The notes under the pieces are model-generated. The model was not told the origin of the DNA, made no database searches, and saw only the letters and a list, made by a program, of their open reading frames with translations. The translations under genes were made by a program, and so were the position numbers. DNA of 64,000 nt from Octopus vulgaris (taxonomy: Eukaryota), in NCBI GenBank assembly GCA_951406725.2, contig OX597838.1:6014001-6078000 (forward strand). Direction: 5' to 3'. Positions 27,021-39,933 of this stretch are shown one piece after another. Numbering within the stretch: the stretch's first letter is position 1; each line of letters starts with the position of its first letter.

Positions 27021-27600
27021 ATAAGTATGCGTATGAGAGAGGGAAAGAGATGGTATCAAATATACTTTTTTTTCTAAATGCTTTCTTCCATAATAGTTGT
27101 ATTTAATTGAATATTTAGCAGATTGAGCTAAATTCTCGTCTAAATTTTGATTGAGATAAAGTAATATTGCATGGGAAAATAGATTTCGTAAATGAATATA
27201 TCTATGTGTCGGCTTAGTTAGCTTCATTGTATGAACATCTGTTTATATGAGTTCATCAGTGTGCGTGAGTTGTATGCGCAAGATTGTGCCCTGTCGCTCT
27301 CATACCACACTAATATTTCGTGTGTATAAATACATGCATATATATACTAGTGAAATATATATATACACGCACATAATATATTCCTTGTGTCTATGTTGCT
27401 ATCATATATATATATAAGAAAATACGGCCATTATGAGAAGTGGATAGTATGAAGTACACAACGATATTCAAATAATAAATTCGCCCGACGGACTTAAAAA
27501 TACTGTATTTCAGAATTCCATAAATATTCGCATTATGTATCCATGGAATATTTAATTATTTTATTTTCTGCAGGGTACACTCCCTCATTCTGTGCATATT

Positions 27601-27657
<57 letters not shown>

Positions 27658-27736
27658 GGAAATATAGATAGATATATGTATGTGTGTATGGTTATATGTA
27701 TTCCATTGTAGTTATGGATATATAATACAATGCGTA

Positions 27737-27771
<35 letters not shown>

Positions 27772-27880
27772 AGAGAGAGAGGGAGAGAGTGTGTTCAGTT
27801 ACTTATATATACATATGTCAGTATTTATATATTTGTATACACATAAATTTATATACCAAGATATGGCATTTTCCTACATG

Positions 27881-27949
<69 letters not shown>

Positions 27950-28538
27950 TTTCACATATATCAGACGCACACATCAGTGTTTTAGGGGCGTAGCGCTTCA
28001 TTGCCAATATATTTTTTAATTACTTCTTCTATATGAACAGATATTGCATAGCCTCTTAAAGATATCTCAAGGCAATTCCATTCTCCTTATTTCAATTTTT
28101 AGCTAATGAAATGTAAAAAACCTCACGAAAAAATATATCACTGAAAATAATTTCAATAATTTTTCTTTGTTTAATTTTTTTCATTTGTTACTTTATTTTC
28201 GTGTCTTTTGTTTTCTATATTTAATATTAATAATTTCTAATAATTTCAAGAGAGTATTATTTTCGCTTTTTCATATGTTTAGTTTTTTTCACGTTTTCTA
28301 ATGTTTCATATTGTGTTTTGCATTTCAATTCCCTTTTTCTTATTTTTCCTTTCAAAATTCTGATAAAAATTATATTTCCTTGAAGGAGTATATACGTGAG
28401 AATGCATGGATGTCTAAACGATATGTGCGTACACAATCATATATATATATATATATGTATATACATGCATCTATATTTACATATATACGCACGTATCTAA
28501 AAACATTTCTTTTGTTGTGTTTCTATACATACGCAGCG

Positions 28539-28584
<46 letters not shown>

Positions 28585-28650
28585 TGAGTATACTTATGTA
28601 TATATATATATATATACATACATATACACATGCACATATATATATACATT

Positions 28651-28683
<33 letters not shown>

Positions 28684-29869
28684 GATACATATACACATGC
28701 ACATATATATATACATTTATATATATATATAATATATATATAGATAGATATAGATAGATGTGTGTATGCGTATATAAATATGGATGCATTTGAATGATTT
28801 TATGTTTTATCCTGAACCATATAGAAGTGTTTGGATCAATATAATATACCACACCTATACAGGTCTTGTTTGTAATCCTTTATTCTGGGGATGCTTAGTT
28901 TGGATTGTTATAAACAAGTTATACCTTTTAATAATGGGAGCCAGTTCCTGATATGTGTAATTCATGTAATGTGCACGTTTCAAGATATTACGTATATGTC
29001 TGAAGAGAATAATGTTTGCGTAACAATTTGCTACGTAAGCACACGAAATGTGCGTATTTAATGTGAACTATCAATAATAGGCTTTTCTTATATTCTAACA
29101 TAGGAAAAACGAATAAAATGTGGAAAATGTGTGTAAAGAGAAGAAGCAAACACATAACAAAACACTTAAATTTACTGGTTTAGAGATTGATATAAGAAAA
29201 GAGATATTCATAAAATAACGCATACATAGAGAATACTACGACCCGAGTATACTACCAGAATACTCTTCTACTGAATGATTTCAATACATGTTTTCTCCCT
29301 CATTTACATACAATTGTGTCTCTGATCAAAGTAAAATGGTATTCTTTTTTTTCTTTTTGGCACTTTGACTTTGTACTACTATTTGAAAAAAAAGGTTGCC
29401 ACATCTGCCTTATTTTTGTAATTATATTTGCAAATCTAGTCTGCAAATCCATTTAAAGGATCTCGATTTCGTCAGAAAATTGGTCTGCAGGATTTGCGTG
29501 GGTGATGAATTGTAAATGATGACCACATTTTAGCGACAGCGTTGTTACATCAGTAATATGGAGTAATAACACAGTTATACGCGAGTAATGAGAACGTGAC
29601 ACAAATTACGTCACCGTTAATTCAACTAATTAAAGCTGTGGATGGTATCAACCCTATTGACTAATGGATTATATTAACAGAATTATTTTTTAATTATTTA
29701 AAGCAGAGAGAACCTCATCTCTGAAACAGTATCCAATTACCGTAAAGCTTTGCCAAATAAAATTTTGATTCTTTTGAGAATGTTACGATTTTAACTATCC
29801 TTGAAGCCGTTCAATGACATTGTGGTTAACGTGATGGGTATCATGGCGGTGAATATATTCCTATATAAT

Positions 29870-30600
29870 AAGTGCTGGGCGTAAACAACAACTATGTCAA
29901 TTTAGTTATAACTTAGCCTAAGCTAAACATTATGACCACAAGAAGATTACAATGACACTGACAAAACAATTTTCCAGACGTAAAGATTCAAAATTCAGAC
30001 CAGCGGGATTAAACGACAGTCAAAAGGTATTAGCTATTTAATCATTCCGTTGTTGGTTATAACATAAAACAGGCGTTGATGAAAATTCAATCTCTCTGTG
30101 GATTATTTAGAATGAATCTTACAGAACTATTCTGACACGCTATCAAGTAATTCTAAACTGTCAGCCCTTCTGAGAGACTCAGCGAGTCAAAGAATGACTT
30201 GCACGCTTGTGTCGACTTCAATTAATAGTTAATTTGTCATGGTCTGATTCTTGGATGTAAAATCAAAATGTGCGATGATTAAATACAAAAAAAGAATGAT
30301 GAAGACAAAATTTTGAATCGTTATATTTTACGATGAAATAATAATTCTATCAGTCTGTCTAACTGTAATTCTCTTCCTTAAAAAAATCGTATTTCAGCAT
30401 ATACAAGTAACTAGTAATATAAACAGTTGAAATTGCAAGAATTTGCAGTATTGGAGCCGAAAAGGTTTTGCGTATAATAATTGGTGTATTGCGAACTGTG
30501 TTAAAATGCTTAAAGAAATGGTTGATGGAGATTGCAATAGAATGTCCTATAGAGCATTTTTACAAACAGGTTGCCTCTTAGCCACAGGGAAGAAATCAGG
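29870..30600 (+). pseudogene. Very decayed CR1-type RT remnant
   Basis: Ordered motif ghosts: DHKKI, DSQKV, TGVDENS, LSWSDSWM, SKC, later VKML and MSYR; many stops. Confidence 0.4.
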
Positions 30601-30782
30601 AGCGTCTTGAGCACTTGAAAGATTATTGAAAGCTTTTGGATACGTGAGGTTACAGCCTGTGACTTCACATACGCCCGGGAATGAGAACGAACTTGAGTCA
30701 AATCAATAATAATAATAAATTTTCTACTAAAGTTCCGAAGTTCAAACTAGTCTGCCACATCGCTATTATTTATAATGATTCT

Positions 30783-30911
30783 TCCGCCGTGATCGACGTT
30801 GCCTTTCATCCTTTCGGGGTCGATAAAATAAGTACCAGTTACGCACTGGGGTCGATGTAAGCGACTCAATCCTTTCCTCCAAGCTGCCTTTATGGCAAAA
30901 ATTTTAAATCT
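30783..30911 (+). mobile_element. 5'-truncated family-B SINE, tail type 3, 17-bp TSD
   Basis: Core gcctttcatcctttcggggtcgataaaataagtaccagt; TSD TTATTTATAAT(G/A)ATTCT at 30766-30782 and 30912-30928. Confidence 0.85.
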
Positions 30912-30924
30912 TTATTTATAATAA

Positions 30925-31350
30925 TTCTAATTTAGGCTCAAGTCCAGCAGATTGAGCGTTGTGTAGTTAATCGATGATATTGATTCCAGTATTTGTCTGG
31001 AACTCTGTTTAATTTACTCCGGAAAAATTAGAGGCAACTTTGATCTCTGGGTGTAAGAACTCAGAAAGGAAAGCGTAGGAAGAAATACGCCGTCAGTTAT
31101 CTGAATGGGGATCATTTATCCCTTAAGTTAGAATGATAATGTTGACAATAATCTTTAGTATTATAAGCACACAGCCCGAAATGTTTGAGGAGGCGGTTGA
31201 TCAAAGACATTGACAGCCAGTGCTCAAATGTTAGTTATTTCATCGCCCCCGAAAGAATAAAATGCAAGATCACCATTCGTGATTTTTGAACACGGAACGT
31301 AAAATGTTCTACAATTTTGTCAGACAGTAGAATGATGCTGTTTGCAGGTA
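30925..31350 (-). mobile_element. Two degenerate family-B (tail 2) SINEs
   Basis: aggctcaag../aagcacacagcccgaaat.. tails; ttcatcgcccccgaaagaataaaatgcaa core. Confidence 0.55.
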
Positions 31351-31787
31351 TAAATAATACTAAAAATAATATTACATAATTTTCATAATGTTTAGAATTG
31401 TGATGATATAAAGGAATACAAATGACAAAGATGAAGAAGGATGAATAGATTTTCGTGCAGTTGATTTTAGCCTTCTGATAATTGGGATATAGGTAATGTT
31501 TACGAAATTGCCATAAGAATGACGCAAGCCACTGACTCCATTATGTTACTAAATAGGTATTTCTCTGTCGATAAATATCAGAGGAATATTAGTGCATGTA
31601 AAGGATGTGTGAATGTGCTTGTGTGAACGAAGGTGCACGTGTGTGTGTATGTGAATGTTTTTGTATGATTGTGTTTCCCTGCACTACTGATTAGTCTTTG
31701 AAAATCAATATTGAAAAACTGTTGGCAACGGTTTGAATCATATTTGTAATAATACAGTCATATACATACATAATATATATGTATGTG

Positions 31788-31820
<33 letters not shown>

Positions 31821-31823
<3 letters not shown>

Positions 31824-31841
31824 CGTATGTATATGACTGTG

Positions 31842-31881
<40 letters not shown>

Positions 31882-31900
31882 ACGTATGTATATGACTGTG

Positions 31901-31934
<34 letters not shown>

Positions 31935-31953
31935 ACGTATGTATATGACTGTG

Positions 31954-31987
<34 letters not shown>

Positions 31988-32006
31988 ACGTATGTATATG
32001 ACTGTG

Positions 32007-32038
<32 letters not shown>

Positions 32039-32052
32039 ACGTATGTATATGA

Positions 32053-32096
<44 letters not shown>

Positions 32097-32116
32097 CGTA
32101 TGTATATGACTGTGTA

Positions 32117-32152
<36 letters not shown>

Positions 32153-32166
32153 ACGTATGTATATGA

Positions 32167-32220
<54 letters not shown>

Positions 32221-32260
32221 CGTATGTATATGACTGTGTATATATATATATACATATATA
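31821..32260. repeat. Minisatellite: 8 x AACGTATGTATATGACTGTG separated by variable (TA)n
   Basis: Cores at ~31822, 31881, 31934, 31987, 32038, 32095, 32152, 32219. Confidence 0.95.
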
Positions 32261-32303
32261 CATATATATATATATAAAGAACCAGTACATTTCTTACTAC
32301 CAC

Positions 32304-32346
<43 letters not shown>

Positions 32347-32605
32347 GAACACATAAATATTTTAAAAACCAGAGATAAATGAACACTGCCCACATTCCTT
32401 TACACTCGAATTCTCACGCGAAATGTATATATGTATTTGGATTTACATAAAAGCCTGCAGTAGCTACCACACATAACAGATATATACACATGTGTATGCA
32501 TACATAACCATACAAACATTACATGCACACACGTTTCTGCTTGTGCGCAGACAGACACACGTCCCCATACATACTTACACTTATGGTAACGCACAAAGGC
32601 GTATA

Positions 32606-32656
<51 letters not shown>

Positions 32657-32929
32657 TACATATTCAAATGAGAGTTCGTTATTCCCTTTTATGTATGTGA
32701 CGGGCTATTGATATTTCCTATCATAAATTTTATTGTAATCTGTCGAAATGGGATATAAATGGTTGTATAGAATATCTATACGGGGAATTCAGCGGCTAAT
32801 ATCCTTGAACAAGTCACAATTATCTTTGTCAAATCTATCCTGATCAATAATTTATTATCTATCCAAGTGTCATGCACCCACTTTCTTTCAACCACGGTAC
32901 CTAAAACGTACATACACATAAAAACTCAC

Positions 32930-33014
32930 GTACACACACACACACTATATATTTATATATGTATGTATGAGTATATATATATATATATACATGTATCTAT
33001 ATGTGTATATATGA

Positions 33015-33056
<42 letters not shown>

Positions 33057-33423
33057 ACATGTCTATATGAGTATGTATATATGTATCTATATGTATATAT
33101 GAGTATGTATATATGTATATATATGTATATATGAGTATGTATATATATGTATATATATGTATATATGAGTATGTATATATGTATATATATGTATATATGA
33201 GTATGTATATATATGTATCTATAGGTATATATGAGTATATATATATGTATCTATATGTATGTATGAGCATATATATATGCAGGTATCTATATGCATGTAT
33301 GAGTATATATATGTGTATATATATATATATGAATGTATCTATATGTATATATGTGTATATATATATATATATATATACATGTATCTATATGTATATATGT
33401 GTATGTTTATATATGCATGAATC

Positions 33424-33458
<35 letters not shown>

Positions 33459-33460
33459 GA
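32930..33460. repeat. TA-derived mini/microsatellite with TATGAGTATG units
   Basis: Direct reading. Confidence 0.93.
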
Positions 33461-33561
33461 TTTTACTGTTTGTACTTACACTTTTAGTATTGTTGGCAAC
33501 ATCCTAAATTGAACAATTATTCAACATTCAGCGATAACATTTCTCCTGAAGATACTCCCCA

Positions 33562-33602
<41 letters not shown>

Positions 33603-34192
33603 AATGTGTATGCATCCTACCTCTATATATCTACATATCATCCTGTCTCCACACACTCACACACATACTCACATTATGTGAGAGTATTGAGTGTGTTTGT
33701 GTGTGTGTGTGTGCATATGCTGTGTGTGCGCAGTGGCTAATGAGGGAATTGTTATATAATTCACACTGAATAATATATAAATCGAAATTTGAGGAGCAAC
33801 TCATGCAAGTTTTTCATCAGATGAAATATTCAAATATTTTCTAGAAATTGCCTGTAACAAATATTTTAGAAGGTAACTTTCTGAATATATAAGCAATTGC
33901 GCTTACAGGATTCGTATGTGTACATATGTGCGGATAACTAGGAGTGGTTCAGTGATAAGGATTCTTGGACTTCACCCAAACCGTGTAGGTTCGGGTTCCC
34001 TTCAGGCTAGTCTTTGACGGGATGTTGCTGTTGCTTAGTTTTTCAAGGCGGTGACTTGGGTATTGACGTGGTTTAATGACTGAAAATACGATGCAATTAA
34101 TTTTTGTGTGTTTACCCCTCCCTACAAATTTATGAATATCTTCACTGTCTGATGCCAACATTTTACCTAACTTACTCACTGCGGTAGTGCGT

Positions 34193-34236
<44 letters not shown>

Positions 34237-34434
34237 GTTACATATTTTTTTCTTTAGACTCGCTATACATGCTGATAAAATTAAAAGAAAAACAAACAAG
34301 AACACCCAAAGAGCGCAAACCACCGCCAAGCCACATCAACGTCCTGTCGACGATTAGCCCATGATGATTTTTAAAACGTGAATATCGGAAAAAAAATCGA
34401 CTGCTCTTTAAAGCCAAAAATAAACGCCTACCAA

Positions 34435-34479
34435 GACACCTGATGACGGCTGGAGGGTATATCAGCCGAAAATTGTATT
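34435..34479 (+). ncRNA. Hammerhead ribozyme-like motif (canonical core; stems I and III decayed) in a probable Penelope-like pLTR (~34240-34560)
   Basis: CUGAUGA-C-GGCUG(GAGGGUAUAU)CAGCC-GAAA; upstream GACAC versus downstream GUAUU partial stem I. Confidence 0.65.
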
Positions 34480-34898
34480 AGCAACAAACAAGATGAGAGC
34501 AAATACCTGTCAAATGTAAATTATTTACATAAATCCTCATCTCTTAAATATAGAATTGTAGTTTCTCTATTGTCCTATATATTATCGAGGCAATGGATTG
34601 AACATCATAATTTGTCGTTCAGTAAATTTCGTATCTCTAATTTAGTCATAAGATTACCTTTATAGTGGTCTAGGAAGGCAAAATAGGAAGTGATTTTTTT
34701 CAACACTATATAGAGAGATAGATAGGGAGAGGTGAAACCACAATCTATACGACTAATAATATGAATATAACCGGGTTCACAATTGGTGCCATTTGATGAT
34801 TCTTGACCAATACTGATCCCTGTCTCCTTATTTAGAAGCATGTACTTTCAGTTATTCGCGTCTGTAAACCAATCATATAATTATCCACATGTAATCGT

Positions 34899-35127
34899 GG
34901 AGGCGCGTGGCTTAGCGGCTAGTGGTTTCAGTTTCTGAACCGGGCGACGAGTTGTAATCTTGGGCACAACACACTTCAATTTCATGGTGACCCAGTCCAC
35001 TCAATGAGTAAATGTGCGACGGACCGGAGTCCCGTCTAGCTGGGGAATAAATACGACATGGAAACCAGAAAAACGGCGGTATGAGTTTATTTGATAAAGG
35101 AAGGAATTTTATTTTCTTATTCTACTG
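34899..35127 (+). mobile_element. SINE, head E with tail 2 (V-domain-like), 13-bp TSD
   Basis: ggaggcgcgtggcttagcgg head, cttgggca, gcgacggaccggagtcccgtctag; TSD CATGTAATCG(T/C)GG at 34888-34900 and 35128-35140. Confidence 0.75.
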
Positions 35128-35730
35128 CATGTAATCGCGGCCAAAGACCTTCAGATCACAACCTACCATTCACTAAATTTATCAATCTCTAATGTATTTC
35201 TTCATAAGAGATGGTCATATAAAGGAAAGTAGGAAGCATATTTTTTTTAATAACCGTCTTTCTATGGCTACAGGTAACATTCCTGTAATTACTTATAAGA
35301 CATAAATCAAGAAATATTTATTTCATTTTGTACCCTTTTAAAGTTTTACATTTATAGATGTCTGTAAACTTTAATGCTTTCATATTCCACATAAATTTTC
35401 TTTGATATAATATCTGTTTATTGGAGTTTATCTTTCTCTCTTCTACTTTAATATATATACTCTAAAACTTGATGCTTTTATTAAAGATTCTTCATATTAA
35501 GCGCTGCCATTACAGATCCGTACACACATGCAGGCACACACTGAAATAGTGAGACATAAATGTAGAATGCTAGAGCAGTGTGTATTTATAAACATATATG
35601 CATACATGTACATGCATATTTGTATCTAACTAGCTCTCACTTTGTATATCTCTCTTTCTCATTTATATATATATATATATATATATATATCTGTTCATAC
35701 ATACATACATCGAACAAAAACATACACATT

Positions 35731-35932
35731 CGAGGCGTGCTGAAAAGTTCCTGGCTCTAAGGGTATACCTACAGGCTTGGATGGACGATCAAATTTGCCA
35801 GTTCTTTTCCAGTGTTTCGAAAATGTGGGGGACCGCTGAAGTAAGTGTGGGTATGTGAGAGGGGAATATGTTCAATAAAATGATACTCCTGTAGATTTTA
35901 TTATCGAAAGTCAGGTATTTTCACCCCAACTA
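35731..35932 (+). mobile_element. Non-autonomous mariner (Tc1/mariner) deletion derivative
   Basis: TIR-like CGAGGCGTGCTGAAAAGTTCCTGGC / GTCAGGTATTTTCACCCC; interior encodes a decayed transposase end (R..KC...RGEYVQ*). Confidence 0.7.
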
Positions 35933-36709
35933 TACACACACTATGTGTGTGTGTGTGTGTGTGTGTGACAACAGGAGAAGCACAATCACAGTCTTGATTT
36001 CAGCAGAAGAATTAATCCAGTCTTGAAAGTAGGTTTGTCTCTTCCTTAATCGCATTTATACACCAATCTCCCTCCTTAGAACCACTCACTCTACCTTTGC
36101 TATTACCAGAAAGAAACAATGAAATACGTTAACACCCTACATTATATAGGAAAAGTGATGTTGGATTTCGTGGCCTTATGCCTATTCCATACAGGACAAA
36201 AACGAGATGGTCATTAATAAGATAAAACTTTGAACTACGTCATCTTAAGTAATTATCTGTAGTTAAACAAGAACCATTATCTACCTTGTTGAATGAATTA
36301 AACACCTTGAACATATATAACTGTTACCTAGATAATCATTATTGTTGTTCTGAACCTGATCAAGATGAGGCGACCAAAATGAATCGATTAATGAAAATTC
36401 ATTCATCAATGCTATGGCCAATGGTTTAAAAACACTAGTCGTCCTTCCCAAGTGCGCATGACAGAAATAAATCCCCCTTTGAAAAGTTTCGTAAGGGTAA
36501 ATGTTAGAAAATAAACCGTGATAAACCGTGAAACATAAAATTAATGATGGCTGATAGCTATCTAGATGTTTCATTCTGAATACAATAGTCTCAAATTTGG
36601 AAATTAATATAGTTGTGTGTATGTAGGCTTCTTTAGAATATATGTCACAATACTTGTAAGACAATACCTTAACTTAAGACATATGCTAGTTCACAAAAAA
36701 AAACATTAT

Positions 36710-36905
36710 TTCAGAATCAGATTCCTGAGATGTAGAAAAAACTTGAATCATATATGTCACTTGTGTTTTAAACCGTGTCACTCTGCAGCTGGTCTTAAAA
36801 GTCATCTGAGGTCTCAGCAATGGAATAATTGTGCTTTGTGATGGGGATGCGGTGCGTGTGTTGATGGGAACGGCATTCTTCTGTCAAGATCAAGTAATCA
36901 TCATA
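36710..36905 (+). mobile_element. 3' end of an RTE-clade LINE with a C-terminal C2H2-like finger
   Basis: HICHLCFKPCHSAAGLKSHLRS matches the RTE ORF-end pattern C-x2-C..C.S..GL.SH.R; short 3'UTR and (ATC)n tail. Confidence 0.65.
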
Positions 36906-37164
36906 TGTTTCTGTGTGTGTGTGTGTGTGTAAGTATATTTGTGTATGTGTATTTGTGTGTATGTATACATGCGTGTTTGTGCGTGCATCTGTGCGTGTAT
37001 GTGTATTTATGTGTGTGTGTATTTATATATATATATATATGTATGTTTGTGTGTATGTGTATTTGTGTGACTGTGTGACTGTGTGTATTTGTGTGACTCT
37101 GTGTGTGTGTGTATTTGTGTGACTGTGTGTGTGTATGTGTATTTGTGTGACTGTGTGTGTGTGC

Positions 37165-37465
37165 ACTTGTACTCAGTCGATTACGATGACGTGTGTTCCA
37201 GTCGATCCGACCAACGGATCAGATTGCTCGTGAAGCTAAGATGCATGGTGTTGCGCACTTCACGAACAAGTATACCATGAACATACTCCTGATGGAAATT
37301 CCTCATGGAGCAGAATGTGAACAGACTGACTCAGTTTTTAGAGCTGAGTCAACTGGATGAGTCAGAATAAAGAGTCTTGCTCAAGGGCACAACGCACAGT
37401 GAAATTTCGGAAGCTCAGCTTTATGTTCGTGAATCGATTACCCTAACCAGTAAGCCACGCGCATT
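37165..37465 (-). mobile_element. SINE, head E with tail 1
   Basis: Head gcgcgtggcttactggttagggt; cccttgagcaagac; 3' part related to the tail begun at 7445-7494. Confidence 0.65.
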
Positions 37466-37480
37466 GAGAAGAGTGCACGA

Positions 37481-37511
<31 letters not shown>

Positions 37512-38282
37512 CACATACATACCAACAGACACAAGCACAAACAGGCGCGAATGCATACAGTCACAGTTAGGCACACACAATCACAGACAGACAGACAAAC
37601 ACACAGAAGCAAGTGCTAACACACATGGGTGCGCTCACACACACACAAACACACTCACACACGGTTTAACTTGCCTCAAATCGTACACTTTTGAAAATCT
37701 CTCGAAGGTGTAACTATAGAAATAAGTATAATTATTATTAATTGTTTTATTTTTATCATTGCAGTAACCATGCATAAACACTCGAGCAGCATGTGTATTC
37801 CTTGACGATACATCAAGTTCTGAGATTTTTATTTTTAAATTCAAATTCCAGTTCTGCATTCTAACACGTAACCAGGGGGAATTTTCTTTAAGCTTAACGG
37901 AAGCGAATATAAATTCAACGAAACAAGGATTATACTGTAATCCTTCTATTGTAATCCAAAGTTTAATATTTTCATTTACAAACCTTACAAGTTGCATCAC
38001 TGAAACACATTTGGAGATATATTTTTTCTACGCCTTTGCATATACGGATGATACAACTACGTTTACACAACACACACATATATATATAATACAATATGAG
38101 TATTTCACGCCCGTACATGAGTAGCACTTACGTGCCTTCGTACTTCCCTGTCAGTATATTTCTTCTTTCTGATTATGTGAACGTATATCTAAGAGACAAA
38201 CTACATATGCACATATATATATATATATATATATATTGACATACACACATGCCATTTTACCTAAGAGTATGGTATATATATT

Positions 38283-38457
38283 ACTCTTTTTATTATTTTA
38301 ATTGTTTCAGTCATTTGACCGTGGCCGTGCTGGAGCACCGACTTTAGTGGAGCAAATCGACCCTAGAACTTATTCTTCCGGTCTCTTTGGGGACGTAAAC
38401 TCACCAACATTGGTTGTCAAGCGATGTTAGGGGGATGGACAAACACAGAGACACAAT

Positions 38458-38490
<33 letters not shown>

Positions 38491-38641
38491 ATATATATAT
38501 ATATACACACATATACATACACATGACGGGCTTCTTTCAGTTTCCGTCTACCAAATCCAATCGCAAGATACCACGCAGTGGCACTGAACCCGGAACCATG
38601 TTGTTGGTAAGCAAGCTACTTACAACACAGCCACTCCTGCG

Positions 38642-38646
<5 letters not shown>
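38283..38646 (-). mobile_element. Family-A SINE with internal deletions
   Basis: Both termini present (tgtttcagtcatttgac ... cagccactcctgcgcctat). Confidence 0.88.
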
Positions 38647-38688
<42 letters not shown>

Positions 38689-39175
38689 TATTCTATTCTC
38701 ACTGGGAAGGTACGGATAATAGATATCGAAATCTAGATATAAATAATAAATATAGGAAAGGACAAGTGCTGGGCAAATATCTGTTGAAGAAAGAGACCAA
38801 GTCAATATCAGGGAGAAAGAGAAATAAAACATGAAGAATGTGTGAGAAAAGTGACATTAAAGAAAATATTTGGCAACGTATTATCAGTTATGAGAAAGCA
38901 AGTAAGAAATGATTGATATAGTGTCTGTAATCTAGTATATAATACGGTTTATTCTGCCTCCGCAACTTTAGAAAAAAAAATAGTCTCAACGTTTTAGATA
39001 TTAAGGGGAAAAATCCTTATCTTTATTGTACACTCGTGTTGTGGCCAGTCATCCAGATGATGTTAGAAGACGATCGATACTTTGATACACATGTAAAATT
39101 GTGTGTACGTAGGTATGTTTTTATGATATCGTATATATTGAATGTATATATTTTTACATACGTGTAGACAGTGTA

Positions 39176-39232
<57 letters not shown>

Positions 39233-39414
39233 CCTATATGTGTTTAAGTTAACACCGATTGGAACTTTGGCCACGGAAAGTGTTAAGTCAAATATACATC
39301 GAAAGTTTTGACAGTTTATTTCACTGTCCATTTTTGTTATAAACATAACGTCCAAAAATTTGCACATTCACATAAATGTAGATAACCTCTTGTATGTATG
39401 TATGTATGTATGTA

Positions 39415-39480
<66 letters not shown>

Positions 39481-39539
39481 TTTATATATGTATGTATATC
39501 AAAATAAGCAACAAGTATATCCAATGTAGTGTAGTACAA

Positions 39540-39797
39540 TCGTTTCATGCTACTTCATTTTATTAATCAATGTAAGTATTACATCAGTTTTAAAATGAAT
39601 AGCAATCTTCAGCCACATATGGAATTTTAAAAATTAAATAGACAACGTACACTCTTATACTTTTTCCATTTGCCAGCATTAAAATATACATTCCCTATTT
39701 AATTTCAAAAAACTCTATATGTGGCTGAAGATTGCTCTTCATTTTAAAACTGATGTAATACTTACGTTGTTTAATTAAATGAAGTAGCATGAAACGA
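39540..39797. mobile_element. MITE-like foldback element (~110-bp inverted arms)
   Basis: TCGTTTCATGCTACTTCATT..AGCAATCTTCAGCCACATAT mirrored by ATATGTGGCTGAAGATTGCT..AATGAAGTAGCATGAAACGA. Confidence 0.8.
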
Positions 39798-39889
39798 GAG
39801 CCCATTTGATTTATATGGATAGTACCATACCAAATTCTGGTGTCTTTAACTTAAGTACTATATTCATCAGAATCTAAATTTTGCTAAAG

Positions 39890-39933
<44 letters not shown>

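Noticed and set aside
29236-29273. Possible fifth hammerhead (minus strand CAGUAGAA-GAGUAU..AUACUC-GGGUCGUA)
   Set aside because: Stem II is present, but GAAA and stem I are absent; cannot be distinguished from chance
31821-32260. CRISPR-like repeat/spacer appearance
   Set aside because: Spacers are just (TA)n, there are no cas genes, and the context is eukaryotic
34605-38000. Non-repetitive ORFs 34605-34841, 36281-36664 and 37635-38000 (minus strand)
   Set aside because: No recognisable domain, no convincing splice context; lengths compatible with chance
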